A DNA stretch of 32,000 nucleotides, taken from NCBI RefSeq assembly GCF_000698785.1, contig NZ_CP007536.1:1-32000 (forward strand). Reading direction: 5' to 3'. How positions within the stretch are numbered: position 1 is the stretch's first letter; each line of letters opens with the position of its first letter. The DNA is from Nitrososphaera viennensis EN76. GTDB taxonomy: Archaea > Thermoproteota > Nitrososphaeria > Nitrososphaerales > Nitrososphaeraceae. Both the position numbers and the translations under genes were made by a program. This document shows positions 24,190 through 32,000 of the stretch, piece by piece. The notes beneath the pieces were generated by a model that saw nothing but the letters and a program-made list of their open reading frames with translations, was not told where the DNA came from and made no database searches.

Positions 24190-24582
24190 ATGAGCGAACA
24201 GGAACTTCCACCGTGGCTTAGGGAGCAAGTATCACGCTTACAACAGCTGCAGCAGAACCTGCAGGCGATAATGATGCAAAAGCAGCAGCTGGAAGTCGAG
24301 GCGGTGGAGACAGACCGTGCCCTTGACGAGCTGAAAAAGGCCGGGCCGGAAGACGCCGTCTACAAGGCCGCCGGCTCTGTGATGGTCAAGGCGAAAAAAG
24401 ACGACGTGGTAAAGGAGCTTGAGGAAAAGAAAGAGCTGTCCGCCACCCGCGTCAAGGTCCTCGAAAAGCAGGAAGGGCGCGTCAAGGACAACCTCAAGGA
24501 AGTCGAGGCCAAGATAAACGAGATGATACGCGGCGGTGGCCCCGGGGCCGCAAGCGCGGGTCCAAAGCCAAAGGCAGAGTAA
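24190..24582 (+). CDS. pfdB: prefoldin beta subunit
   Basis: Coiled-coil, beta-hairpin, coiled-coil layout (LQQLQQNLQAIMMQKQQLE ... VYKAAGSVMVKAKKDDV ... LEKQEGRVKDNLKEVEAKI). ATG 24190 is preferred over the hydrophobic N-extension from 24154. Confidence 0.85.
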   Translation: MSEQELPPWLREQVSRLQQLQQNLQAIMMQKQQLEVEAVETDRALDELKKAGPEDAVYKAAGSVMVKAKKDDVVKELEEKKELSATRVKVLEKQEGRVKDNLKEVEAKINEMIRGGGPGAASAGPKPKAE

Positions 24583-24620
24583 AAGAAAAAATATAGCCAA
24601 GAAAGGCGCTCTGCATTTTC

Positions 24621-25346
24621 GTGCCGGCACGCATTGTGGTTGACGAGAGGGAGCGCCCAAGCGGCATCCCTGACATCCTGCGCAGGTCCGGCGTGGTTGT
24701 CGACTTTGCACAGCTAATAGTCGGCGACTATATCGTTTCCCCGGACACTGCCGTCGAGCGCAAGACCGTGCACGATCTAATTCATTCAATATATGATGGC
24801 CGGCTGTACGTCCAGTGCGCGCAGCTTGTGAAGCACTACCAAAAGCCCATCGTGATAATTCAGGGCGACCTCACAAAACTTGCAGAAATCCCTGAAGACA
24901 TTGAGGAGGAAAAGAAGAAAAAGATGGCCGAGCGCCTGCCGCTTGCCTTTGACGCGCTTGCGACCGTGGCGATGGAATTCCGAATACCTGTGTTGCATGC
25001 GCCAGATGCCGAGCACACTGCAGTCCTCCTTGGCACGCTTGCCGCAAAGGGCCTGCAGAACGGCGGGATAGCGTCCGGCCCGCTCTTGAAAAAGATCCGC
25101 AAGGAAAACCCTGTTTATTTGCAGCAGCTGTACGTTCTTTCGTCTGTTCCGGGAGTGGGGGACAAGCTTGCCGCAAGGATGCTTGAAAAGTTCAAGACGC
25201 CCCAGCGCGCGCTAAACGCGTCGGCGGCAGAGCTTGCGACAATCCCGGGCTTTGGCCTTGCCCGCGCCCAGCGCCTGCGCAAGATCCTCGACTCTGCGGC
25301 AAAGACGGACAGCGTGATACAAAAGACGCTTTTTGAAGGCCAATGA
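24621..25346 (+). CDS. xpf: short-form XPF/ERCC4 structure-specific nuclease with tandem HhH
   Basis: ERCC4 motif VVDERE...GDYIVSPDTAVERKTVHDL. The C-terminus has two HhH elements (LSSVPGVGDKLAARML, LATIPGFGLARAQRL). No helicase domain. GTG start. Confidence 0.85.
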   Translation: MPARIVVDERERPSGIPDILRRSGVVVDFAQLIVGDYIVSPDTAVERKTVHDLIHSIYDGRLYVQCAQLVKHYQKPIVIIQGDLTKLAEIPEDIEEEKKKKMAERLPLAFDALATVAMEFRIPVLHAPDAEHTAVLLGTLAAKGLQNGGIASGPLLKKIRKENPVYLQQLYVLSSVPGVGDKLAARMLEKFKTPQRALNASAAELATIPGFGLARAQRLRKILDSAAKTDSVIQKTLFEGQ

Positions 25347-25380
25347 ATTATAAAATCAGGATGCAAATCCTGCCCCATAT

Positions 25381-26151
25381 ATGGCGCTAACCGTCGAAAG
25401 CAAGTGGCTTGCAGCCAACCTTGACAATCCAGACGTGGTGATACTTGACACGCGGGGCCAGATGCCCTACCGCTTTGGCCACATCAAAAACGCCCTTCCT
25501 CTCGGGATAGAGATGGTGATAACGGTCGCGCCAAACGGCGCCAACCTCGTAATAGAGGGCGCGCAGGCAGAAAAGGTGTTTGGCAGCTACGGCATTGACG
25601 GTTCAAAAAAAGTGGTGGTGTACGGCGAGCAGGACGACCCGGCCGTTGCAAGGGTCGCCTGGAGCATAATGTACCACGGCCACCCCGATGTCGCGCTCTT
25701 GGACACTGGCTTTTCGGTGTGGAAGCACCTTGGCCTGCCAGTCACGAGGGACGCGGCTCAACCCCGGCCGGCGCAGTTTACGTCAAAGCCAAACCCTGAG
25801 ATAAGGATAGACGCCGAGGCCATCAAGGCAAGGGCAGGCGACCCTTCGTTTGTCGTGGTGGACGCAAGGACCCCGCAGGAGCACATGCAGGCAAGGATAC
25901 CAAACTCCGTCCTGCACGACTGGGAGCAGGGAGTCGGCGCAAACGGCGCGGCATTTCTCTCGCCGGAAGAACTGAAAAAAGAGTTTGAAAGCAAGGGCAT
26001 AACGCCGGACAAGGAAGTGGTGTGCTACTGCCATTCGGGCGTGCGGGCATCGCACAAGTACATGCAGTTCCGCCTTGCCGGCTATGACAAGGTCAGGCTG
26101 TACGACGGCTCGATAATCGACTGGGCGATGCGCAGAAACCCTATCAGGTAG
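25381..26151 (+). CDS. tandem-domain rhodanese (thiosulfate/3-mercaptopyruvate sulfurtransferase-like)
   Basis: Two rhodanese modules. The active-site loop CYCHSGVRAS is in the C-terminal module. Confidence 0.85.
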   Translation: MALTVESKWLAANLDNPDVVILDTRGQMPYRFGHIKNALPLGIEMVITVAPNGANLVIEGAQAEKVFGSYGIDGSKKVVVYGEQDDPAVARVAWSIMYHGHPDVALLDTGFSVWKHLGLPVTRDAAQPRPAQFTSKPNPEIRIDAEAIKARAGDPSFVVVDARTPQEHMQARIPNSVLHDWEQGVGANGAAFLSPEELKKEFESKGITPDKEVVCYCHSGVRASHKYMQFRLAGYDKVRLYDGSIIDWAMRRNPIR

Positions 26152-26656
26152 TAGTAACTTTTTTGTACCTTCTCTTCAGCCTGTTGCCGCACAGCGGGCA
26201 TTCTTGCTTTTCGGGCGAAAATGCCCTGCCGCAGGCGCTGCAGTAGGCAATGTATCTCCTTGTCTCCCTGATCCCCTTGCCCGATGATGCAACCACTCTA
26301 ACTCCGAGCGTCGCGGCGACGTTTGCAACCGCATAGTCGTCCGACGCAAGCATGGCCTTGCGCTCAAGCGCAAGCGCAAGTATCGAAACATCGGCTGCAG
26401 AAAGTTTTGCCACGTCGCCTGTCTTTTTTGCGGCTGCGGAAACTGCGTCGATACTTTTTCTGCCCGGGTCAAGCACCTGTAGGTTTCCTGCGTGCACCAG
26501 CGCGTCAAGAGCCGCCGCCTTGACGTGCTTTATTTCGTCAAAAACGGCGCTTGTGGTCACGCACCTTGTTGCGCCGGACAGAAACACAATTCCTGCATAG
26601 AACGCGCTTGCGTCCAATGCTAGCTTTTCTTCTTCTTTAGAACCCAAGTTTTGCAA
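26144..26656 (-). CDS. nob1: Nob1-type endonuclease (PIN domain + zinc ribbon), 16S rRNA 3'-end maturation
   Basis: PIN acidic positions (LDASAF, TTSAVFDEI, SAADVSILALA, LASDDYAV) are followed by CSACGRAF...CPLCGNRL. TTG start. The exact start is uncertain, with alternatives at 26647 and 26617. Confidence 0.8.
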   Translation of the reverse strand: MQNLGSKEEEKLALDASAFYAGIVFLSGATRCVTTSAVFDEIKHVKAAALDALVHAGNLQVLDPGRKSIDAVSAAAKKTGDVAKLSAADVSILALALERKAMLASDDYAVANVAATLGVRVVASSGKGIRETRRYIAYCSACGRAFSPEKQECPLCGNRLKRRYKKVTTT

Positions 26657-27458
26657 GCTGCCTCATGCCCTTCTTGTTAAGGCGCAGAAACCGCACGTCG
26701 TGCGGGTACCGCGCAATCCTTACCTCCTGCCCTGCCTTTATGATATAGTTCTCCTGCCCGTCAATCACAAGGTGCGACTTTAGGCTGCACTTCACAACAA
26801 TTTCCTCCACAGGGATCACAAGCTGCGGCATCTTGTTTACGGGGGCTATCGGGCTCAGGATCAGGCAGCTCATGCCCTCGTGCAGGACCGGCCCGCCGAT
26901 TGAAAGGTTGTGGCCAGTCGAGCCCGTGGGCGTCGAAATGACGATGCCGTCCATCCTGTGGCTTTTCTCGTCTCCCATCAGCTTTATCGATATGGTGGGC
27001 GTGCGGGAAAGGTCTGCCCTTGTTATCAGTATCTCGTTGAGCGCCGGCGGAAACGCCGTCTTGCCTGAAAACGCCTGTATCCTTATCCTTGAATCGTAAA
27101 AGCCCCTGCCGTCAAGTATGCCGCTGATCGCGCTCTGCATGTTGTCCGTGTCGACCTCGGAGAGTATGCCCCTGTGGCCGCCGACGTTTATGGAAAGAAG
27201 TGGCACGTCGCCGGGGATCGTGCGAAACGCCTTCAGCGTGGTGCCGTCCCCGCCTATCGCAAACACCAGGTCCGCCCTTCCCTTCACGTCGGCAGGCTCG
27301 ATGGTGTCAATGCCGCTTATCCTGAGCGGCGAAATCGCATAGGCGGCGACGCCCTTTGAATCAAGCATCGCTGCTATCTTTTCAGCAGCCGCCTTGGCTT
27401 CGGCGTTTTTCCTCTTTGTTATTATGGCCACAGCGCGGACCTTGGCCGTCTTTGCCAT
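26637..27458 (-). CDS. nadK: NAD kinase
   Basis: DLVFAIGGDGTTLKAF (GGDGT motif), NVGGHRGIL and STPTGSTGHNLSIGGPV are typical NAD kinase motifs. Confidence 0.9.
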   Translation of the reverse strand: MAKTAKVRAVAIITKRKNAEAKAAAEKIAAMLDSKGVAAYAISPLRISGIDTIEPADVKGRADLVFAIGGDGTTLKAFRTIPGDVPLLSINVGGHRGILSEVDTDNMQSAISGILDGRGFYDSRIRIQAFSGKTAFPPALNEILITRADLSRTPTISIKLMGDEKSHRMDGIVISTPTGSTGHNLSIGGPVLHEGMSCLILSPIAPVNKMPQLVIPVEEIVVKCSLKSHLVIDGQENYIIKAGQEVRIARYPHDVRFLRLNKKGMRQLAKLGF

Positions 27459-27533
27459 CTCTGCTTTTATTGCTATTCTGGCATCTTAAAATGCGTTTTG
27501 CGCATAATCCGCGTAGCTACGTACCTTCCAAAG

Positions 27534-27541
27534 ATTTTAAG
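27534..27541 (+). promoter_or_regulatory. TATA-like ATTTTAAG, 26 nt upstream of ATG 27567
   Basis: Its spacing supports ATG 27567 as a leaderless start rather than the track start at 27498. Confidence 0.4.
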
Positions 27542-27566
27542 TAAGTGTGAAAGACACATCTCTCTC

Positions 27567-28418
27567 ATGGCAAGTTACTCTCATCCAGAGGTTCTCACAG
27601 AGACCGACTGGGTTGCAAGCAACCTGAAGAACCAAAGTGTCAAGATACTTGAAGTCGACTATGACCCGGAAAACGCCTACAGGCAGGGCCATGTGCCGGG
27701 CGCGCACCTTGTCTGGTGGAAGCGCGACATCAACGACCCTGTCAGGCGCGACATCATAAGCAAGCAGCAATTTGAAGCGTTGATGAGCAGGGTCGGCGCG
27801 ACTCCCGACACGGAACTTGTGCTGTACGGCGATTTCAACAACTGGTTTGCGGCATTTGCGTTCTGGGTGTTCCAGTACTACGGCCACAAAAAGGTCAAGA
27901 TAATGAACGGCGGCAGGAAAAAGTGGGAGCTTGAAAAGCGCGAGTACACGAAGGACGAGCCGCCAGCTGAATCGAGCAAGTACGTCGCAAACCCTGCCGA
28001 CGAGGGAGTGCGCGCCTTCATGCCCGACGTCAGGCGAGCCTTGGAAAGGGCCCAGGAGGTAGTCCTTGTCGATGTCCGGTCGCCAAAAGAGTTCACGGGC
28101 GAGATAACAGCTCCGCCAGAGTACCCGATGGAGCACGCCCAGCGCGGAGGCCACATCCCTGGCGCAAAGAACATCCCGTGGGCGCAGGCAGTCAAGGACG
28201 CTGACGGCACCTTCAAGAGCGCGGAAGAGCTGAAGGCGCTGTACGAGGGCAAGGGCGTGACGCCGGACAAGGAAGTTGTGTGCTACTGCAGGATAGGCGA
28301 ACGCTCGTCGCACAGCTGGTTCGTGCTAAAGTACTTGCTTGGCTACCCGTCTGTCCGCAACTACGACGGCTCGTGGACGGAATGGGGCAACATGATAGGC
28401 AATCCGATAGAGAAATAA
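27567..28418 (+). CDS. tandem-domain rhodanese (thiosulfate sulfurtransferase-like)
   Basis: Two rhodanese modules. The active-site loop CYCRIGERSS (CRxGxR type) is in the C-terminal module. It is a paralog of 25381-26151. Confidence 0.85.
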   Translation: MASYSHPEVLTETDWVASNLKNQSVKILEVDYDPENAYRQGHVPGAHLVWWKRDINDPVRRDIISKQQFEALMSRVGATPDTELVLYGDFNNWFAAFAFWVFQYYGHKKVKIMNGGRKKWELEKREYTKDEPPAESSKYVANPADEGVRAFMPDVRRALERAQEVVLVDVRSPKEFTGEITAPPEYPMEHAQRGGHIPGAKNIPWAQAVKDADGTFKSAEELKALYEGKGVTPDKEVVCYCRIGERSSHSWFVLKYLLGYPSVRNYDGSWTEWGNMIGNPIEK

Positions 28419-28456
28419 GCCCTTTCCTTCCCCCTTTTATTGTTAGATATAAGAAT

Positions 28457-28774
28457 ATGCAGCAGATAGACCCTTCCGACATGGTAAAGCGCGGGCGCTT
28501 CTACTTTATCTATGACAGGCCGCCGCATTTCGTGATGGAGGACAAGACCAAGAGGGGCCTTGAGGTGCGCGAGCGCGCCTTGGACGAAAAGCACGGCGTG
28601 GAAGCCGAGAGGGGCACGATATACGACATGGACGGAATCGGCCACAAGGTAGGGATACGCTGGTACTTTCCAAAGGCACAGTACACGCTTGAGCAGGTCG
28701 TCGCAAGGGCAGAGGATATGGAAAAGCGCTACAAGGCAATCCGGGAGATGACCTGCCCGGACGACGAAGACTAA
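28457..28774 (+). CDS. hypothetical protein (105 aa)
   Basis: ATG 28457 follows an AT-rich spacer. The track ORF start at 28280 lies inside the rhodanese gene. No family recognised. Confidence 0.5.
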   Translation: MQQIDPSDMVKRGRFYFIYDRPPHFVMEDKTKRGLEVRERALDEKHGVEAERGTIYDMDGIGHKVGIRWYFPKAQYTLEQVVARAEDMEKRYKAIREMTCPDDED

Positions 28775-28837
28775 CTAGGGAAAAAGAAAAACGAAATGCT
28801 TTTAGAGCATATAAAAGCCTAGGTACCGCAACACAAA

Positions 28838-29842
28838 ATGTCTGCTCTGCTCAAGGATCGAGTATGGACTATGCTGTCAGAGACTGCCAAGAGGGGCGTT
28901 TACCCGCTCCACGGCAGCAAGCTAGGTATTTACAGGATTCCGGTCGAGGTAACCGACAAGGCCGACATCGCCGGCATACAGAACGACCTGCGCCCTGCCG
29001 GCTTTACCATGCAGACCCACGCAGACAGGATCTACGTCACCTACAAGTGGACAGAAAAGGGCGTCGACCCGGTGACCGGGGAGGATCTTTCGGCGGACCT
29101 GAACATTACCGTTGAAATTGTCACGGGCGAGGTCGTCGACCTCATTTACCAGATAAGGCAGATAGAGTACTTTGGCGACCCCTACTGGATCAAGAACTAC
29201 CGCTCTACCGCTGACAGGAACGCCAAGATGGTGATTGACACTATAATACGCAATACCAAGATAGGCGACAAGATGATCGCCCAGTACCAGAAGGCAGAAA
29301 AGCTGACGCTGGAGCAGGCGATAAAAAAACTTGAAGAGCTCACGCCGCTTGCCAAGAACCCCAAGGTCAGGAGCGCAACTGCGCCTCCGCCACAGGCAAC
29401 AGCGTCGGCGGCACCAAAGCCGGCAGCAACTCCTGCGATGGCCGCGCCGCAGGCGCCGGCAGCAGGCGGTGGCGACACCACGGTATCGCTTACAGGCTCT
29501 GGCACCGGCCATTCAAAGGTGGAAGGGCCAATCGATGTCAAGTTCAAGGAAAAGAGGCAGCAGGTGGGCAAGTATCAGGGAATAGCCGTGTGGGGCCCGC
29601 TAGACGCCCCCGGGCAACTGGGCATCTGGGGCACAAACGTCTGCGTAGATTTCGACATATGCGTGGCTGACGGCGCATGCATCGAAGCCTGTCCTGTCAA
29701 CGTGTACGAGTGGCTTGAAACGCCGGGCCACCCGGCTTCAGAGAAAAAGGCGTTCATGGCAAGGGAAAAAGACTGCATCTTTTGCCTTGCGTGCGAGAAC
29801 GTCTGTCCCCCGCAGGCGATAAAGATATTCCAAAAGAGCTAG
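28838..29842 (+). CDS. fusion protein: unknown N-terminal domain (~200 aa) + Ala/Pro-rich linker + Sulfolobus-type dicluster (3Fe-4S/4Fe-4S) ferredoxin domain
   Basis: The C-terminal ~110 aa contain [12 protein letters not shown] (CxxDxxCxxxCP) and [12 protein letters not shown] (CxxCxxCxxxCP). They also carry [20 protein letters not shown], which closely resembles the Sulfolobus zinc-ferredoxin segment [20 protein letters not shown] (from memory). The linker is [34 protein letters not shown]. Confidence 0.8.
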   Translation: MSALLKDRVWTMLSETAKRGVYPLHGSKLGIYRIPVEVTDKADIAGIQNDLRPAGFTMQTHADRIYVTYKWTEKGVDPVTGEDLSADLNITVEIVTGEVVDLIYQIRQIEYFGDPYWIKNYRSTADRNAKMVIDTIIRNTKIGDKMIAQYQKAEKLTLEQAIKKLEELTPLAKNPKVRSATAPPPQATASAAPKPAATPAMAAPQAPAAGGGDTTVSLTGSGTGHSKVEGPIDVKFKEKRQQVGKYQGIAVWGPLDAPGQLGIWGTNVCVDFDICVADGACIEACPVNVYEWLETPGHPASEKKAFMAREKDCIFCLACENVCPPQAIKIFQKS

Positions 29843-29888
29843 TCGGCCGGCGGCGCGTTAATATTTTTATTTACAGAGACACGTACGC

Positions 29889-30365
29889 TTGGCGTTGAAA
29901 AGATTCCGCGTTGTTGCAACGGGCGGGACGTTTGACGAGATCCACGCGGGGCACATTGCGCTCCTGTCCAAGGCGTTTGAGGTCGGCGAAAAAGTCATAA
30001 TCGGAGTCACAAGCGACGAGTTTGTAAAGGGCAGGAAAAAGATAAACCACGATTTTTCCCGGCGCGTCTCTAGCCTGAAAGAGATGATAAGAAAAGAGTT
30101 TGGCGACAACGTCAGCTACGAGATTGCGAAGCTGGACAGCGAGTTTGGCCCTGCGGTCACGACGGGCGACGTGGGCGCGCTCGTGGCAAGCGCCGAGACG
30201 CAGGAAAAAGGCACAAGGCTCAACGAGATAAGGAAGAAAAACGGCCTTGCGCCGGCGCAGGTAATCGCCGTCCCCCTCATCAAGGCAGAAGACGGAAAAC
30301 CGATATCGTCTACCCGCATACGCGCAGGCGAGATTGACAGGAATGGCAGGTTGTTAAAAGCCTGA
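29889..30365 (+). CDS. archaeal-type phosphopantetheine adenylyltransferase (cytidylyltransferase fold)
   Basis: VATGGTFDEIHAGH is the nucleotidyltransferase (H/T)xGH motif. ISSTRIR lies near the C-terminus. At ~158 aa it is typical of archaeal PPAT. Start is TTG 29889 or TTG 29895. Confidence 0.8.
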   Translation: MALKRFRVVATGGTFDEIHAGHIALLSKAFEVGEKVIIGVTSDEFVKGRKKINHDFSRRVSSLKEMIRKEFGDNVSYEIAKLDSEFGPAVTTGDVGALVASAETQEKGTRLNEIRKKNGLAPAQVIAVPLIKAEDGKPISSTRIRAGEIDRNGRLLKA

Positions 30366-30427
30366 CAGGGCAGGCTCAAACTTGTTTGATTACCGGGATT
30401 TTATCTGCATGCGGCACAGGATATAGC

Positions 30428-30766
30428 GTGTCACAGGAACCTCCGATAGAATATGCGGCAAGCAAGATAAACAGCACGGTCAAGAACCTGCGCGAAGGGC
30501 TCGACCCGGACGTGCTTGCCTACTGGTTCAAGCGCATCGAAGACAAGTCAAAAGAACTGGTACCAGAGCACCTGAAGGACAAGGTGCACTTTGAGCAGGA
30601 CAGGATATTGTGGATGAAGTTCAAGATGGACGTGTCAAAGAGGGCGGTGCCGACCGTGATGCAGGTTATCGAGGAATACATACCGATGATGCCCTACTCG
30701 ACCGGCCTGTATTTCAGAAAGATACAGGAAATACTGACAGAGGAAATGAACAAGGACCTGCGCTAG
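30428..30766 (+). CDS. hypothetical protein (112 aa from GTG 30428; ORF open from TTG 30386)
   Basis: No ATG at the N-terminus. The TATA-like GATTTTATC at 30398-30406 sits 22 nt before GTG 30428. No family recognised. Confidence 0.45.
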   Translation: MSQEPPIEYAASKINSTVKNLREGLDPDVLAYWFKRIEDKSKELVPEHLKDKVHFEQDRILWMKFKMDVSKRAVPTVMQVIEEYIPMMPYSTGLYFRKIQEILTEEMNKDLR

Positions 30767-30771
30767 TCCTG

Positions 30772-31074
30772 CTAGTCCTCTTCTCCTTCTTCTTTTATTT
30801 TTATTTCCGCGACCGCGCCTTCAAAGTCGCTGGAGAGAATGGCCGCTTTTCCTTTTGCGACGTCGCGCAGCAACGCCTCAAGTCTTGTGACGTTTTCCTT
30901 GTCTCTCATGAGTACCGCGTGCGAGGATTTGTCCTTTAGTTTTATCACTATTTCATTCCCGATAACCGCTGTGATGCCATCGACATAGACTGTGCCGTCT
31001 TTTTGCACGGACACCAGGCCGGCAAGCTTCTCTGCCTCGTACCGGTCGTCGCAGGCGAATTTCAAGTGCTTCAT
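30772..31074 (-). CDS. hypothetical small protein (100 aa) with acidic tail, translationally coupled to trpS
   Basis: ATG at 31072-31074 overlaps the TrpRS stop (ATGA). The R/K-rich N-extension of the track ORF lies inside trpS in another frame and is rejected. Confidence 0.55.
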   Translation of the reverse strand: MKHLKFACDDRYEAEKLAGLVSVQKDGTVYVDGITAVIGNEIVIKLKDKSSHAVLMRDKENVTRLEALLRDVAKGKAAILSSDFEGAVAEIKIKEEGEED

Positions 31075-32000
31075 GGCTCTATCGGCTTTTCGTCGTACAT
31101 GAATTTTGCCACGACGTCTTTTGCTTTTTCGCGCCTCTTCTTGAACTCGACCACGAAAGGCTTGGCGCCCTTTGCCAGATCGGCCTTGCACTCGCCGCAC
31201 AGCAAGTTGCCGCTCTTGCATTTGAGCATCCTTTCGTCGGACTGCTTTTCCGTGTCAAAAAAGTAGCGCAGGTACCAGAACACCGGGCACCCTAGCGCGT
31301 TTGCGCCCAGCTGGCGCTGGAGTGCAACCGTGGGCTGGCCTCCCGTAAACGCAGACGACACCTTCTTTTCGACGACCTCCGGCTCGTCTGTCGTGAAAAT
31401 TGCCGTCTCTGGCCTGGACGACGACATCTTGCCCATCATGCCAAGGCCGGGCAGGAACTTGCTGTGCACCTGGGCAGGCTTGTAGTAGCCCATCCTGTCG
31501 GCAACGTCGCGGGTCATGCGCCAGTACGGGTCTTGATCGATGGCTGCAGGGATGAGCACCGGCGTATTCTTGCCCTCGATGATTGAGGGAAGGAAGCACG
31601 GCGCCGCCTGTATCGGCGGAAAGCCAATCATGCCGATGTTCGTGGAATTGGTAAAGCCAAAGACCGCCTTGGCTGTCGAAAACGTGATGCGCTTGGCAAT
31701 CTCTGTCGCTATCGGGTACAGGTGCTCGATGTGCTTTGTGTCGACGATTATCCTTGTCTTTTTCGGGTCAAAGCCGATGGCGATGATGTCAAGTATGTTT
31801 TCGTACGTGTAGCGTCTTGTCTCTTCTCGCGTCCTGTCCTGCCCGTAGAGGAACTTTTCGTCGTCTGTCAGTTGAAAGAGCAGTTTTGCGTCAAACTTGT
31901 CCTGCAGGTATTTCGTGAACATCCACGGCATCAGGTGGCCCATGTGGACCATGCCTGACGGGCCCCTGCCCGTGTACAGATAGAAATTCTCGCCCTTTTC
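31071..32000 (-). CDS. trpS: tryptophanyl-tRNA synthetase (archaeal/eukaryotic type), 5' end beyond the window
   Basis: The minus-strand translation continues open to the window edge (EKGENFYLYTGRGPSG-MVHMGH). HMGH is the HIGH motif and KMSSS is the KMSKS motif. The AIDQDPYWR segment is typical of TrpRS. Confidence 0.9.
   Translation of the reverse strand, partial: EKGENFYLYTGRGPSGMVHMGHLMPWMFTKYLQDKFDAKLLFQLTDDEKFLYGQDRTREETRRYTYENILDIIAIGFDPKKTRIIVDTKHIEHLYPIATEIAKRITFSTAKAVFGFTNSTNIGMIGFPPIQAAPCFLPSIIEGKNTPVLIPAAIDQDPYWRMTRDVADRMGYYKPAQVHSKFLPGLGMMGKMSSSRPETAIFTTDEPEVVEKKVSSAFTGGQPTVALQRQLGANALGCPVFWYLRYFFDTEKQSDERMLKCKSGNLLCGECKADLAKGAKPFVVEFKKRREKAKDVVAKFMYDEKPIEP

Noticed and set aside
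25315-25346. C-terminal IQKTLFEGQ of XPF as a PCNA-interacting (PIP) box.
   Set aside because: It has Q-x-x-L but lacks the paired aromatic residues of a canonical PIP box, so it cannot be supported from sequence alone.
1-32000. Search for tRNA, rRNA, CRISPR arrays, integrases and transposases.
   Set aside because: The ORF-free spacers (2434-2599, 3774-4156, 11599-11960, 16016-16337, 17386-17513, 21179-21290) show no cloverleaf-like stems and no regularly spaced 25-40-nt repeats. No ORF has recombinase or transposase motifs. This was done by eye only.

Overview
The gene content points to an archaeal chromosome segment, most likely an ammonia-oxidising thaumarchaeon of the Nitrososphaera type. 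Hand counts put GC at about 53-58%. This taxonomic call is inference, not a database hit. Coding density is high (42 CDS, one cut by the window end). I found no rRNA, tRNA or CRISPR array. The core is housekeeping. It includes a ribosomal/RNA polymerase cluster on the minus strand (rpoD-L18e-L13-S9, 18.4-20.4 kb). This cluster is divergent from the archaeal exosome superoperon (SBDS-Rrp4-Rrp41-Rrp42-L37ae-Pcc1-prefoldin beta, 20.5-24.6 kb). Other core genes are a short XPF nuclease, Nob1, NAD kinase, two tandem-domain rhodaneses, archaeal PPAT, TrpRS, HMG-CoA synthase, threonine dehydratase, CorA, MscS, an MFS transporter, two nitroreductases, an MBL hydrolase and a Trx-NHL protein. Many genes carry a TATA-like box 25-30 nt before the start codon, and many neighbours are coupled by ATGA overlaps. 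Two stretches of about 40% GC look accessory. (1) At 16.04-17.48 kb, a 1.4-kb cassette bracketed by an imperfect direct repeat (perfect core TCTCAATGA) sits exactly between two divergent TATA boxes. It carries an archaeal RelE-like toxin gene preceded by an unusually large (225 aa) all-helical partner whose extreme C-terminus resembles a YefM/Phd-type antitoxin motif. This is the best candidate for something undescribed. (2) At 2.44-4.14 kb there are orphan small proteins, one with a PEF-CTERM-type sorting tail like the large surface protein at the window start. Other items worth a second look are a minimal stand-alone class III nucleotidyl cyclase next to the cassette, a Sulfolobus-type 7Fe ferredoxin fused to an unknown 200-aa domain, tandem repeats upstream of corA, and a near-identical 41-nt patch shared by the two otherwise diverged rhodanese paralogs.
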